A DNA stretch of 64,000 nt from Amphiscolops sp. MND2022. Taxonomy: Eukaryota. Shown here one piece after another: positions 33,880 through 46,900 of the stretch. Under the pieces are notes generated by a model that saw nothing but the letters and a program-made list of their open reading frames with translations, was not told the DNA's origin and did not search any database. The first letter of the stretch is position 1. Every line of letters starts with the position of its first letter. Location: the NCBI GenBank assembly GCA_964187785.1, contig OZ076413.1:50470001-50534000 (forward strand), written 5' to 3'. The position numbers and the translations under genes are program-made.

Positions 33880-35431
33880 GACTGGGTTTGGTGTTCAGGT
33901 TGAGTTTGAGGTTGGGTAGTCACTTGCGCGGGAGGTATGAATCCCATGTGGCCAGTTGTCTGGTTGTGGTACTGAGTTTGGGTTTGGGGTTGGGTTGTCA
34001 TTGAAAGAGGAGGTAGGTAGCCCATTTGGCTGGTTGCTTGATTTTGATATGGCGGTTGGGTCACTGGTAAATTGGTTTTGGCATACTGACCTTGTGACTG
34101 TGGTGGTAGCGGTATGCTGTTTGAGGACGTAGCCTTGGGGGTTTTCCACCATTGTGGTCGATTTGCCCAGTTGGCGCCTGAGTAGCATTCTTCGGTTGTG
34201 TGGCTTTTCTTGCCACAGGTTTCGCATGGGTCAACTATTTTGTTGGGCACTCTGTTACCCCGATTGCGAGCTTCGCGGGCTACTTTTCTGCAATTTTTGA
34301 CAACATGGCCGGATTGCCCACATCCGTAGCATGGTCCTGACGGTTTGGGGGGTTCGGAGCTTGTTGTGGGTCTTGCACGTCAATTTGGTGCACTCCTGTT
34401 ATGTTGCTCTCGTTTGGTGCCAACAGTCCGTTTAGCTCCATCTCTCTTTCTAGGTGTTCGACCATCATTTCGTACGATTCAGTTTCTAACCTTGCCTGGT
34501 TTAGCACTCGTTTTAGGTGGGTTGGCATTTTGGCGTAGAAGGAGGTCTCAATGAACTTGGGGGCGTCATCTCCGTATGCTTCTTGGGCCAGTTTTTGATA
34601 CTGCTCCAAGAAATCTTGAAAAGTTTGTTGGGATGGGTCAAAATAGAGCTGATTCCATTTGCAGCGGGCTGTTGCGATAGATTGGGGGCGGACATATCGT
34701 CGTCTGAAGGTTGCTATGATGTCCTCCAGGCTGGCACGGTTTGTGTCGGTCATATTGCGGTATGTCTGCAGGGCGTCATCCCTGAGTAAGGAATGAAAAT
34801 AGTGTATTTTCTCTTCTTCGGATATGTTGGGATACACTTTGAGGCTAGTCATAACAAGGTCTTCGAAGTGTTCAAACTTGTCATTTTTACCTTTGAAAGT
34901 AGGCATTGTTGTTGACATCGCTTTTGGCAGTCTAGGGAGCCCGATATTTTGTTGGGTTACGTTCTTTAGCGATTCTAGTAGCTTTTCCACTATGTGGTCC
35001 GGGTATTTCTGGTTGGGGGGCGGTAGGCTTGATGATCGGGGCGGCACTTCTGTTTGGGGGAACACTCCTGTCACCATGTGTTGACCCTGAGATGGGTGCA
35101 ACTCGTTCATCAAGGTTGGCTTTGATGTTGAGGCTTGATTTTCAGATTCACAGAAATCTACTACGGGATTTTCGGACCTAGGCGGATGGCCTGCCAATGA
35201 ATCTATTTTTGAGGATAGATTCTCGATCATCTTGAGAATTTCTCTTTGCCCAGTCTCAGCGTCTTTTATCCTTCTACCAACTGATTTTTCGATCTTTTCA
35301 GAGATTTCAGAGAAATCACGATCTGAGATGCTGGGTGCATTTTCAGTCCTTTGGCTAGCTGCCTCAGGTTCACCTAATGAACTGGATACAGAATCCCTTC
35401 TGGCTTTCCTTTTAGAGGATCTTTCAGGCAT
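33870..35431 (-). pseudogene. gag: Gag of element 2, starting in the 5' LTR and frameshifted near 34330
   Basis: ATG at 35431; homologous to element 1 Gag (HLEREMELNGL); the knuckle CETCGKKSHTTEEC lies in the next frame. Confidence 0.9.
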
Positions 35432-37243
35432 TTTGGGTTTCAAGTTTACAGGTTCGGTCTTTCCGACAAGAAATAAAGAAAGATTGAGATTTTTAATCTT
35501 CAATTGGGTTTTGTAACAAAAGAAAACAAAGTTGCTTTACAAAGAACGGTTATTGAATTTTCAGAGACTATCAAAATTATCATCTGAAATTATTTAAATT
35601 TCCCAAGCATATATATACTTTTCACCCACGTGAAGCGGGGAAAAATCCGCACCACTTTCACGCTTCATTCAGCCCGGCGTCCCTCCAAGGCGGAGAAACA
35701 GGAAGTTCAGTTCCGCTTTGTCGAACTCAGACTCTAAGTTTGTTCATGCTTTCCGAGGAAAGCACGCGTCCACTTCCTGTCTGAGTTGCGACTCCGCTTC
35801 CCTTCACCTCCAACTCCCGCCTTTTCAAGACGCCGAAACTGAACAAAGTGTGAAAAAAATTAGTCACTGCGCACGCCCAAAAAGCGAAATGATCGAACAA
35901 AACAACAAATTGGAAATTGGGAAAATGAGAATTTCCCGAATTAATTTGGTTCAAATATTGCACAGCGAGATGATTATTTAATACGAAATATAAATTAGCT
36001 CATAAAGTTCACTCATGAGAGCTTAAAAATCACAAATTCGAGTATAAATGGGAAAGCTCGGTCCCAGGCTGAGGTCTGGAACGGTTGAGGCAAAATAAAA
36101 TCATTTCCCGAAAAATAATGATTAATTATATCAACAACAAACAATTCAGTGATTAGAATCAACTCGAAAATACGGTTCGAGTCTCTTCCCAATCTAGTTG
36201 AGTGGAAATTGACTCTAAACAAGGCAACACAAATCATTTATGGAGATTAAACAAATTAAATCGAACATTTAATCCCAGGCCAAGGTCTGGGCCGCGGCTT
36301 GGCGTTCTCAAATTAAATACTGCATTTACATGTTTAAAATCATCATACATTGCATGTAATCAATCATTATCGCTTACTGTTGTATGTGTTACGTCACTGC
36401 TCCCTCGCGAGAGCGGAGAAATGGTTAGGGGGATCGATATTTTCAATTCCAGGATGGATTTGGTCAGAATAAATTTCAGGTCGTGTCTCAGGCCGCGGTC
36501 TACTTCATTTAGCACTTGAACATGGTTTATCTGTAAAAATAGCATCATACTTCATTCTTTATCTTCAGGCATCTTTTGAGATTGCAGGCATTGATTGGTA
36601 GGCTCATTAGGAGCAGAAAAGATCACTATTAACATTAACAATTTCCATTTCTACAATGGATTTTATAGATTTACATTTCAGGCCATGTCCTGGGCCGCAG
36701 TATATCGGTATTTCAAAGTTAGCTCCAATACTTGTTTATATGGACAATTACATGTATAACGTTGTTCTAATACTCGTTTAACGCATCAACAGGTTTACAT
36801 GTATTCACAAAATAGCATAATTAGTGTTAGAGATTGATTCGTAGCACTTTCATTCTCAGGCCACTCGTCAGGCCACCGCTTCACTGCGCAAATCTCAGGC
36901 CGGCTGCCAGGCCGCAGTTCCGCCATTATTCATTCAGGCCGCTTACTGAGCGGTGTGATTGTATTACTATTAATTATATATCACCGTATTAATACTATTA
37001 ACTGCACAAGTAGCTTTATACCGGTTAGTACACTGTATGTAAGTATATATAACTACATAAATATTAATATATAATTTCTTCTATTTATTATATTATTTAG
37101 CGCCATTATTTCAGGTTGTATGGATTGAACTGATTGTTTTCTGGTTTTCTGTTTTCATTTTTCCTTTTTCCATTTCCTAATTTATTCTTCGAAGACTGGG
37201 TTGATTCTGCTGCAATACTCACAGCTCAAGTGGGGCTGTGACA
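35077..37243 (-). repeat. 5' LTR of element 2 (2167 bp)
   Basis: Direct repeat of 20995-23161, adjacent to the PBS at 35064-35076. Confidence 0.96.
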
Positions 37244-38389
37244 GTCTCCTCAGACCAATGGAAAGTCCCCTAGGAGACCTTTTCGGGACTAAAGACCATT
37301 GTCTAAGATTATAGTAGAACATTGGTCTCCTGTTCGAGTAATCTAGGAATTGTCCCAGTTCTAGAATGTAGCTGTTAGCTTGACGTTACAACAGGAGAGA
37401 TTTGTTCAAGTTGATATGTGCTTAGGTCACAACTGAATTAATTCTGAGCAAATTTTTTCCAAACATTGAGCACACGACATCAAAACATAGGTAGTACCAG
37501 TATCTCATACGGTAGTTTAAGTCGAGTCAAGATTGCACATGCCTCAACTTGGCTATCAATGTTTTCAAAAAATCTTCTGTACAGTTTTGGCCAGTTTTCG
37601 AAGTCGGAAAAGGTCACTGTCCAAGGCTGTATTTCAAATTCGAGCATCAATTAAGACGAAATCAGGAGAAACCGGCTTAAATTGGCAATCAAGTTTTTTA
37701 TGACGTTCATGCGGTCTGAATGAGCAGAGTGGGCAAGATGTATAATTTTGCAAATGTGTCAAATGTAAGCTCGTACGCTTTTGTGTGATACAGTCAGTTA
37801 TTGCGCTAACCTAACTTCGACATTAAGACAAAACTTGTAGGGGAAAATTGGTTGTGACAAATCTCGGCAAAAGCAAAAAACTGCATAGTGTTAAGATACT
37901 GTAGGCGGAAACAGTATCAAGTGTGTTAAACCGTGATAAATTGATTCAAGGTAATATTTTTCTTACATCAAAGAAATTTCTGAGTCATATAATCTTTTAA
38001 AAAATCAATGAAGGCATCAACCGAAATATAAACATATAAATAAATACCCTAGTCGAAGTTGCCGCGAAGTTTTACAGGCACCTTCAAAAAATGCCGGCTA
38101 ATTTTTTATAAAACGTGGAAAATTCAGGGACTATGCATGGAAACATTTTGTAGGATTACTATGTAGCTTTCACTATTTGAGTTAAAACTGAAAACATTTC
38201 CACTTCTTCACCACCGCGATCACTTTGTTTTCACGCGTAAGTTTCACAAGTAAGTACATTATGTAAACACCGTTAGTCAGATAGCACGCTGAATATGACG
38301 CTACTTTGAAACTTACAATGCGTCAGAATTTTATTTGCATTGAAACTGCGGTAAAATTGACGAAAGTCTCAGCTGCTTTCAATATTAGA

Positions 38390-38589
38390 NNNNNNNNNNN
38401 NNNNNNNNNNNNNNNNNNNNNNNNNNNNNNNNNNNNNNNNNNNNNNNNNNNNNNNNNNNNNNNNNNNNNNNNNNNNNNNNNNNNNNNNNNNNNNNNNNNN
38501 NNNNNNNNNNNNNNNNNNNNNNNNNNNNNNNNNNNNNNNNNNNNNNNNNNNNNNNNNNNNNNNNNNNNNNNNNNNNNNNNNNNNNNNNN
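38390..38589. other. Assembly gap (200 N)
   Basis: Run of N; adjacency across it is not guaranteed. Confidence 0.99.
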
Positions 38590-38963
38590 CTACATTTCTC
38601 GGCAAATCTCTACCTTTTCAATCACAAATTCCAACCAAACTTCTCAGTTTTGGATATCACTATTCACTTGATGCTAATCGTTCCGACAGTCAAATTGCAG
38701 CTCTGAATTTTACCAAAAAACAGACTACAATTGGGTTCGGCTAAACTTCTGATTTCATTTTTGAATACATTCCAACCTACATTGAATTGAATGAATGTGA
38801 AAATAGAGAAGTTTTTGATATTCCTTTAAACTCAAGTCCTGTCTAGTAAACTTGTTATTCAAGCATCCTCTCTTTCAAAGCAAAAGTAGAACTTTACGTG
38901 AACTCTTTTGGAAGTTTATCAGAAAAACGCATACATATCAATTATATTGGTGTTTGCTTGTGT

Positions 38964-39233
38964 TTAAAAGTATGGATAAATGGGTGCATCGACAACACCG
39001 CAGTGGTTGTCCATCCGCGTCATTCTGACGTAACCAGCCTCGCCCCAATCGGTACCCCAGCTGAACTTTAGCAACCAGTAGGGGCCATGTATGTCATCCA
39101 TACCATAACCCACAATCAAGGCGTCCATGTACTTATCCTGGGGTGATTTGGTGCCACACTCGAGGTCATAAAAACACTCCATGACTATAGAACTGCAGCT
39201 CACTGCTGAATTTGAAGTTCACTGCAATGGGTC
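38964..39233 (-). pseudogene. Last exon of a papain-family (cathepsin L-like) cysteine protease gene or pseudogene
   Basis: GPIAVNFKFSSELQFYSHGVF/YDLECGTK...ALIVGYG...YWLLKFSWGTDWGEAGYVRMTRMDNHCGV; TAG acceptor ending at 39234; 1-nt frameshift in the A5 run near 39170. Confidence 0.88.
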
Positions 39234-39597
39234 CTATTTGAAGTGTCAGGGATCATCGAAAATTCAAAAAATATACCGAAAAACGGCTTTTGAAGCCAAT
39301 CATATTAATACAGGTATTTTTTAGTCGGCGCTTTTTCCTTTTAAGGAAAAATGCCCGATGACTCTTACAGTAACCTTTTTTTCTTCAGACCACAGACCTC
39401 AAACTGATTGGTCCACGTTTTACAGAAACTACTAAAAGTACTCAGGCCAAGTCCGACCAACGCAAACCTAGTGCAAAGGGTCCCCCTTTCATTTTTTTTA
39501 CTTTTTAGCGTAACCTACAAAACCGGACGAGACTATGTAACGTCATCCTACAATGAACGAAATTTTGGAAATTTTTGAAAAATTCGTTCAAAACTGA

Positions 39598-40316
39598 TGT
39601 AACGTCCACCAGTCAACACCAAATTTTCGATGAAAAATTCGATCAAGAACCAGAAAATGTGCGAATCAAAATGGCCGACCTGGCAGGTCGTTGAAACCCA
39701 AAATGAAAAGAGAGAACACGCGAACAGGAAGAACAACAGGAGATGATAAAGAAAGGAAGCAAAACGACTATTGACATGAAGATTCACACGGTGCAGAATA
39801 GACGAACGCTACCCGGTGCTATGCCATCCCTCTGGGAGAGAAAGCAGAACTGTTCTAGAATGGCATGACTGGATCCCCGAAAATCTACAAACAGTAACTG
39901 TATTCTCACTTGGGGCTTATCCCCCTTTAATTTGTTAATTTATAATGCACTTTGTTATTTCCCCCCATGCCTGACCTTCTAGGTCAGCATTTCATGTCCA
40001 TAACTGTCGAAATGACATTTTTCGGATAAACATCTTTTTGGACCTCGGAAGTATGTAGGAGATGGCGGGAACGCGCTAAAAACCTTAGGATTTGTTTTTA
40101 CAGGCTTGTGGGGCGTGTCCGGACTTTGAGAGTGCCGGCACGTCGCCTCGGAGCTCTAACTAGAGGAGCCTCCTTAGACGTTAGAAAAGTCCCCCATGGA
40201 GACCATTTTGGGATCAAAAACTAGTGTTTAGGAGTGTAGTAAGACAACGGTCTCCTGTTTAAGCACCCTAGGCATTGTCCCTCTTCCTAGATGTGCGCCG
40301 CTAGCCGGACGTTACA
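39598..40316 (+). repeat. 5' LTR of element 3 (719 bp)
   Basis: Direct repeat of 58159-58878. Confidence 0.96.
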
Positions 40317-40332
40317 TCTGGAATAGTTTTTA

Positions 40333-40349
40333 TGGCGACCACAGAGGGA
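40333..40349 (+). promoter_or_regulatory. Primer-binding site TGGCGACCACAGAGGGA (probably tRNA-Arg)
   Basis: Complementary to ...TCCCTCTGTGGTCGCCA, which resembles Arg tRNA 3' ends; lies 16 nt downstream of the LTR. Confidence 0.7.
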
Positions 40350-43300
40350 TATTTTTCAAGGATAATTTTCCCTACCGCGTCCTGCGAGGAGCAACTCCTG
40401 CTTTCCGGCCCTGAAAGGTCCGGATCTAGGAGAAGCTTTTGGGAGAGTCCTAGATTGTTTTTACTGCTTTATTCTAGCCCTTTGGGCCTTGTATTAGTGT
40501 TTTTCCTGCGTTTCCTGCATGTTTCCGAGGTCCCAAGCCTGAAAAAGACAGTTTGAAACGGTGTACCCCCTTGTACCTTATCTGTACTTGTTAAAAAAGC
40601 TATTCCGGCTTATCCGGAACGTGTTTTAACGGGTTTTCCAGCTTCTTTTCAGCTAATTGGCAATGTACAGGGACTGCAAGGACGGTTTGTGAAGACCCGA
40701 GCTAGCTGAGTGCAGGACTGCAGGTGCTTCACCTCATAGCCTCTTCCTCCCCACCTGGTGCCGATTCACCGAAGACAGCTGGGTTATTTCGTTCCCTTTA
40801 CGTTTTCTAGCCCAAAATTAGTATTCCCAGGCCTGTTATTGCATAAATTAACTGTGAAAAATACCCACAGGGTATTTGCATCAGTTATTTTAGGGACTTG
40901 AGCTCGAAAACGCCAAAAATAACACTAATAACAGCTCAAATATCGAATTTTCCCGTTTTGAAAGCTAGAATTTTATAGAACTGTGTACGGCCTGTGGGAA
41001 TACCTGAAAAACGTTCTGTCGGACCTACCAGGTCGAGAACAAAAATTTTTGTTGGGCTGTTTTTCAAAAAAACATGAAAATTTCAGCAATTTTTGTTCAA
41101 AAATCGGCAAAATTGGCCATTTTGACCAATTTTGGCAAGGGCGAAGCCTTGGGCGTTTGTTCCCAAGCCTCTTGAAAGGCCCAAAAATTTTGTAGTTGAG
41201 CTTGGTAGTATGCAACACTACTACCAAGACGGTTTTTGACTGCCCCCAATATAAATTGAAGTTTTAACATCACTTTTCTTCCATTAAAATAGACCTGAGT
41301 AAAGGACCCCATAGACCTGAGAGTTATTACATCAAAACCATCAAAACTAATTATTGAAACAACCCCATTCCCCTAAATAAAGTTGTTACACCTTCTAACA
41401 CTACTGTTAGAACTATTCGGAACGTCTGAAAACAAAGAAATAAAAATTTCTTGGTGAAAATACGCATTTTCCGTACTGTTCCGAGAGTGTCAAAGGTGCA
41501 ACTTAAAATTTATTTTGAGAGACCTTATTTGGAACCTACCAGGTTTCGCTTGCCTATTTTCCGTTAGTATAGGGTACAACGTTGCAAACGCAAAAAACCG
41601 CAAGTGATTCCAACTAGTAGTTGCCGAGAAATAGCCAAAAACGTGTTATTTTTGTGACATTTTCGGAACACTGGAGTAGTGCTTCCAGTACAGGTCGAAT
41701 TCTCTCCTAGTGGAAGCAGTCTCAAACGGATAGCACCAACGTGTAAACCGCAAAAAGTTACGTTAGTGGTGTAATTTTCGTAGCGCTACCATCGAGAAAT
41801 CTTAGCCGCAGTTTTGCTCAAAAATGATCCGAAAATGTCGAAAAAATTGAATTTTAGTTGAGCATAGTGCAATACCTCGCAGGTACCCCAACACTAAAAT
41901 TCTTGCATTTTCGTGCACACGGCACTGGATCACGACGATTTGTGCAAATTGAGCAGCCGGCTACTAGCCAAAGCTGAGAAATTGACATTTTTGTGATTTT
42001 TGACCCGAAAAAGCGGTACCCCTGGTACATCAAGGTTTTGTCACTTCATATCGCCAGATATAGATCAAAGCACCTCGCCGCTGAATTTTTCCGTCGTGTA
42101 GGCATAAAGTACGCTCGCATGCGAAATTTCAGGTAGCTAGGACGCCTAGAAGGCGAGTTTGATCACTTTTTGTGAATTTCGCGACATAGTCAATTTTTCA
42201 GTGAACATTGTTAAGTGGCCGTGACACCCACCGGATCAATTTTAGCGCAATCGGAGGCTTGTTCCCCACGATTCAGCCAGTGTATTAGACGGTGTGAAAT
42301 TTTCAGGTCGCTAGTACCACTAGAAGTGATTTTCACCTTCCCCGGAGGTGCTACTTGATGAGAAAAACAATATTTTGAGTGAATTTCAACTGAAAACCCA
42401 TGCATTTCTAGTCCTGATGCACCTCATTCAGGGCTGAAACGACCTGTTTAGCGCATCGAGCAAATCCCACACGTCTTACTGAACTTATAAAATCCGTGTA
42501 GGGTTAGCCCCAAGATCAACGACTTTCCACTAAACACTCTACGAGACCAAGAGACGGTAACTCCAAAAACCGAAATTCGTTTCTTGCCCGCCACCAAAGT
42601 CGCCTAGGTGCAATTTGCTCGCCATAACCACCCATACTCTGCGCCTCGTATACCCTGAGGGTGCGAGAGTGTGCCCGGGAACACCAAAACAGTCACAGAC
42701 CAGGTTTGCGGAACGCGTAGATAAACTAGAACAAGGACAGAGGAGATCATCCATATCGTTGTAACCTTTTTACCCACGAGCCATGAAGCCATAGACCAGG
42801 TCACCACTTGATACTCAACCCACACAATCCCAATCAAACCCCAGATCATTCCCAATCCATTGCCCACCCATTGTTCCCGAACCAACCTCCTCGCACAAGC
42901 AAAAAAAAAACTTAAAGTGACCCCCACTGCGCTCCGCGCAAGGGATACAGCAGATACCCAGATACCCTCGCTGACGAGTTTGAAGCTAACCCAACAACTT
43001 TCAGTTCACGGCAGCAGCAAGGCCTGCGGTCACCTAAAAGTAGAAGCCAATCTAGCGTATAGTAATCCGTAGTAGTGATCAAAAAAAAAACTAAAAAATT
43101 TTTGTTAAGAAAGTCAAACCTTCTAAGTGAGGAAAAAGCAGACGAAATTTTAGTTAACCAAACCAGCGATAGTGTGCCTAGTGCACTCCAAAAGTGTAGG
43201 AAGCAATTCAAGCCCATTTAGCAAGTCTCTACCCCAATACACAAAAGACCGGTAACGCCGAGTGGCAAAGCGCGCCAAATAGCTTAGTTAGTTAGTTAGT

Positions 43301-43504
43301 CAGTGCAGTTTAGATAGTAGCTTTTTGAGTTATTTAGCCAAAGCAAACCCTCCCCATTCCATCATTTACCACTTGTTTTGTGGGGGGAAGGGAGTAGAGA
43401 AAAGCCAAAAATCAAAAAAATAATTATTTTTTTTTGTTGTTGTTGTCGGCCACATCGTGGAAGCTTCGCACGCAGTGGAAGCTAAAATATGACATTCCGT
43501 AGCC

Positions 43505-43954
43505 ATGGAACGACGTGAGACTAACGCCACCATAAGCGACTTCCATGCCACCAACCCTTTCAGAAGAAGAACGGAAGCCACAACCGAACAAAACGAATGT
43601 AGATTAGATTCCGCCATAGCAGCCGTGTTTTCAGAAGTTATGTCTGACTTCGTACCGAGCCAGGAGCAAAACGCGGAGATAGCCGTTGCCACCAGCCAGC
43701 CTAACTCCTCGCGAGCCTCCCCCGACAGCACCAATCCACCGGATGAAGCTGAAACCACCACGCAAAGAAACACATGGCCTCCGCTGGAAGTCACCGACTA
43801 CAGTTTGGAAAATTGGCCAAACTCCAACCAAGGGCCCACAGGTGAGCCCAGCATTGCTGATACCCCCAACGAACAAAATGACACTCCAATGACTCCACGG
43901 GCGGACCCACGGACGGCGGTTGTCGAAAGGAACCCCCGGGTTCCCAGGAGATGA
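43505..43954 (+). CDS. 149-aa ORF overlapping the Gag-Pol start (ATGA); possibly the true Gag N-terminus separated by an indel
   Basis: ATG ORF with the same composition as Gag; its stop overlaps the ATG at 43951. Confidence 0.55.
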   Translation: MERRETNATISDFHATNPFRRRTEATTEQNECRLDSAIAAVFSEVMSDFVPSQEQNAEIAVATSQPNSSRASPDSTNPPDEAETTTQRNTWPPLEVTDYSLENWPNSNQGPTGEPSIADTPNEQNDTPMTPRADPRTAVVERNPRVPRR

Positions 43955-46900
43955 CCAATAGCATAGGCGGGAATCCCTTTCGAAGCGGATATGCGCTACC
44001 GGAAGCACCGGCGAAGATGTCGAACAGGCCAGCGGAGAACTCGAAGACAAACATAACAGAGAATCCGTTAAGATACGTTTTTCGAACGCCACCCTCGGTG
44101 AGACCAAAGATTAATTATGCGAATGCGAGCCGAACATCCCACACGCCAGACTCTCAAGCTAGCGCCGACACCAATCTTGACTCAACAATAACCAAAGCAA
44201 GAAAGGAAACGCAAACGGTTCGAGAAGACTTTCAGAGTCGCCTAGCTCAGCTAGCTCAAGTCCAGACAAGGCTAGCGCGGGAAAACAACGAACATGAGAT
44301 GCGCGCCGACATGATAATGAGAGACATGGACGAGCTGCGAAAAGGTCTTCTGGAAATGCAAGCGGAAGGGCGACAGAATCAGGGCCGACTGGAGGCGTCC
44401 ATGGCATCTCTCAATGATCTGATTAAACAGAGAGAAACTACAGCGGACGCCCGCATGGCCGAGGTGTCCGCAATAATGAGAGAAAGAGACCGCCAGGCCG
44501 ACGAACGCATGAAAGCAATGACAAACACAATGCAGCGCCGCGACATGGACTCCAATGTCCGCATGGCGGACTTGATGACGGCAATGCAAGATTTAACACT
44601 GGGCGTGAAAGCAATTGTGTCGCAGACCCCCGCACAGCAAACACAAACGGCGTCACGGGTGCCCCAAAAATACCAGCAGGCCGAGATGCCATCTACAAGT
44701 GAAGCTCCCCAACCTCACTATAGGACGGTGGCACAGCACACAGTGGAGCCTCCTAGGCCCCCAAAACTAGTGCCACCCGCGACGTACAGGCGTGACCTGT
44801 CGAAAGCTAGTAAGATGGCTAAGGTAACCCACACGGAGTCACGAGACGCCGGCACAGACCCCATGACTGACCCGCCGTCGTTTGACCAGTACACTCGCGG
44901 GGCATCGACCTCGGGCGACTTTCATTCCGCTGCCGACGAAACGAACACCCGCAGGACCAGCTACTATACGGCCGATTCCAGCGCGGCATTCCGCCCACCT
45001 GCGCGAACGCAGACGTTCAGAGACTTCGTTCCGCGGCCAGTGGCCACCAGTACGCAGCGCAAGGTGACGACCAAGCGGAACCTAGAACAAGGCAAAGGCG
45101 AACATAGTGACATTGAAGAGATGCCCTCGGTGGCAGAAGAGGCCCCGGACACACCGAGAACTACCCAACGACAAGCACTAGCAGAAGCAATATCCACAGC
45201 CATGTCTAAAGGCTTGGAGCCGTTGCTCGCCGTCAAGGAGTCTAAAAACAAGCCCACGAAATACAGAGGAACCCGAGACGGAAATGCAGATGGGTGGATG
45301 ATGTTGATGAAACGCCACTTGGAAAAAGCACACCCGAAGGCGACCCCCCTCGATAAAGCATGGACGATAATTGAGTATCTAGAGCATGAAGCCAGAGACT
45401 ACATCACGAATAAGTCCGAAGCCGAGAGGGACACGGATGAGAAAGTATTCGCATTGCTGGCGCGTCGCTTTGGGACAGGCTCCAGCAAAATCCACATCCA
45501 GCAGCAATTTAGAACCCGCAACCAGAATAGCGAAGAGGACTACATGCAATACCTTGATGCCCTCGAGGGCTTGCGTAGTCAGGGTTACCCCAATGAAGAG
45601 GTAACAGTTCGTCGATACGAAATTATGCAAAGATTCATTGAGGGAGTACGCAACTTTGAACTAAAAAGAAACCTCGCGCTAATGTATGCACCGGAACAAT
45701 ACGTGGAGACCCCGCCAACAGTGGAAGCCCTCCGCTTCACGGTACAACAATACTTACGCATGCGTGGCTCCACTCGCTCGGACAACTACCCGATGATACC
45801 CCCTCCACAACAACAAGCCAACATCCCACAACCTAATCAGTCTCCGGTAGCACCCACGCCTGCCCAAAAAATGCAACAACAACAGCCTCCCCAACCAGCG
45901 GCATACCAACAACAACCCATGCCACCGGCAGCCTATCGACAGCAACCCCAAAGGGCGTGCTTCAACTGCGGAGACCCATCGCACTTCGTGGTGGACTGCC
46001 CCCTGAAGGACCGTGCACGGAAGCCGGTGCAACAGCAAGTAAACTCCTGTCACACGAACCCGACCGGCAGTTGGGTGTGCCCCTCTCAGCCACATGGCTT
46101 GAACTATGATGTTTTCCCAGCATCCCTGCCAACCCAAGGCACAGTTGCCTTCTGCATTAATTGCGGCCGTACTGAGCGCTCGGCGTCGGAATGCATGGCC
46201 TCGGAACAAATGAGTCACGAAGAACAAATCCGTGCAGCGTGGTATGCTCCTTCACCAAGTCAATTCGACGGCCTGAGCCAAGACGACCAGGTCCGGGTAA
46301 TATCGATAGCGGAAGATGGAGGCCCCTCCCGACCTGTAGTAGTCACCTGTGGCGAGAAGCAAATACTCACCACGCTGGAGGCACCCGCCCCAGATTGCAC
46401 AGAAACACTTATCTCGATACACTTACTTCTCTCGGCCGAGCAAAAATCGCGACCCACGCTGACGCTATCGCAACTAAAGGAGGAGTTTTGCAGAAACGTG
46501 AAATATACAATCGCAGCGCGACCGCTCCCGCATTTCGCAAGAGAAGACGAAACAAAACTGGCCCCAATACAGAAAGTCAAAACCGTTTCTCCGGTGCCGG
46601 TAGCCATCAACGTAGACGGTGTAGACATGAAGTTTGACGCTATCGTAGTCTTAGAAGGTCACTTCCCTCAGGGATTGTACTTGGGCCGCCAGGAGTTGCG
46701 ATGTTATAACATCGGAGTGCAAGATGCCCAGGGGGAGGCTCGCATTGATGAACGGGCATCCCTGGTAGTTGCCTTTGGCAACACAATCCAGGCACCAATA
46801 CCCTTGTACGGTTCGGGTGTCTCCATTCTCTCCCTAAAGGCCTATCAAAAGATTGCATCAGCCCACGCCTTGAGCCTCCTGCCTTATGACATCCAACTGT

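Larger units (their letters stand above)
20995..37243 (-). mobile_element. Full-length Ty3/Gypsy LTR retrotransposon (element 2), decayed relative of element 1
   Basis: LTRs 20995-23161 and 35077-37243 with TGT...ACA termini; TSD GTCTC (20990-20994, 37244-37248); same PBS and gene order as element 1. Confidence 0.97.
20430..37390 (+). mobile_element. Solo LTR A (707 bp: 20430-20994 plus 37249-37390), related to the element 3 LTR and split by element 2
   Basis: TGTAACGTC...GACGTTACA termini; blocks shared with the element 3 LTR (TTTGGACCTCGG.AGTATGTAG, CGTGTCCGGAC, CACGTCGCC.CGGAGCTCT); flanked by ACA/ACA. Confidence 0.88.

Noticed and set aside
28112..34345. Multiple frame changes in element 2 gag-pol as programmed recoding
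   Set aside because: Element 1 is continuous at the homologous sites; only the A-AAA-AAC site is shared, so the rest are mutations or sequencing indels
38306..38671. ORFs containing X runs
   Set aside because: Artefacts of the 200-N gap
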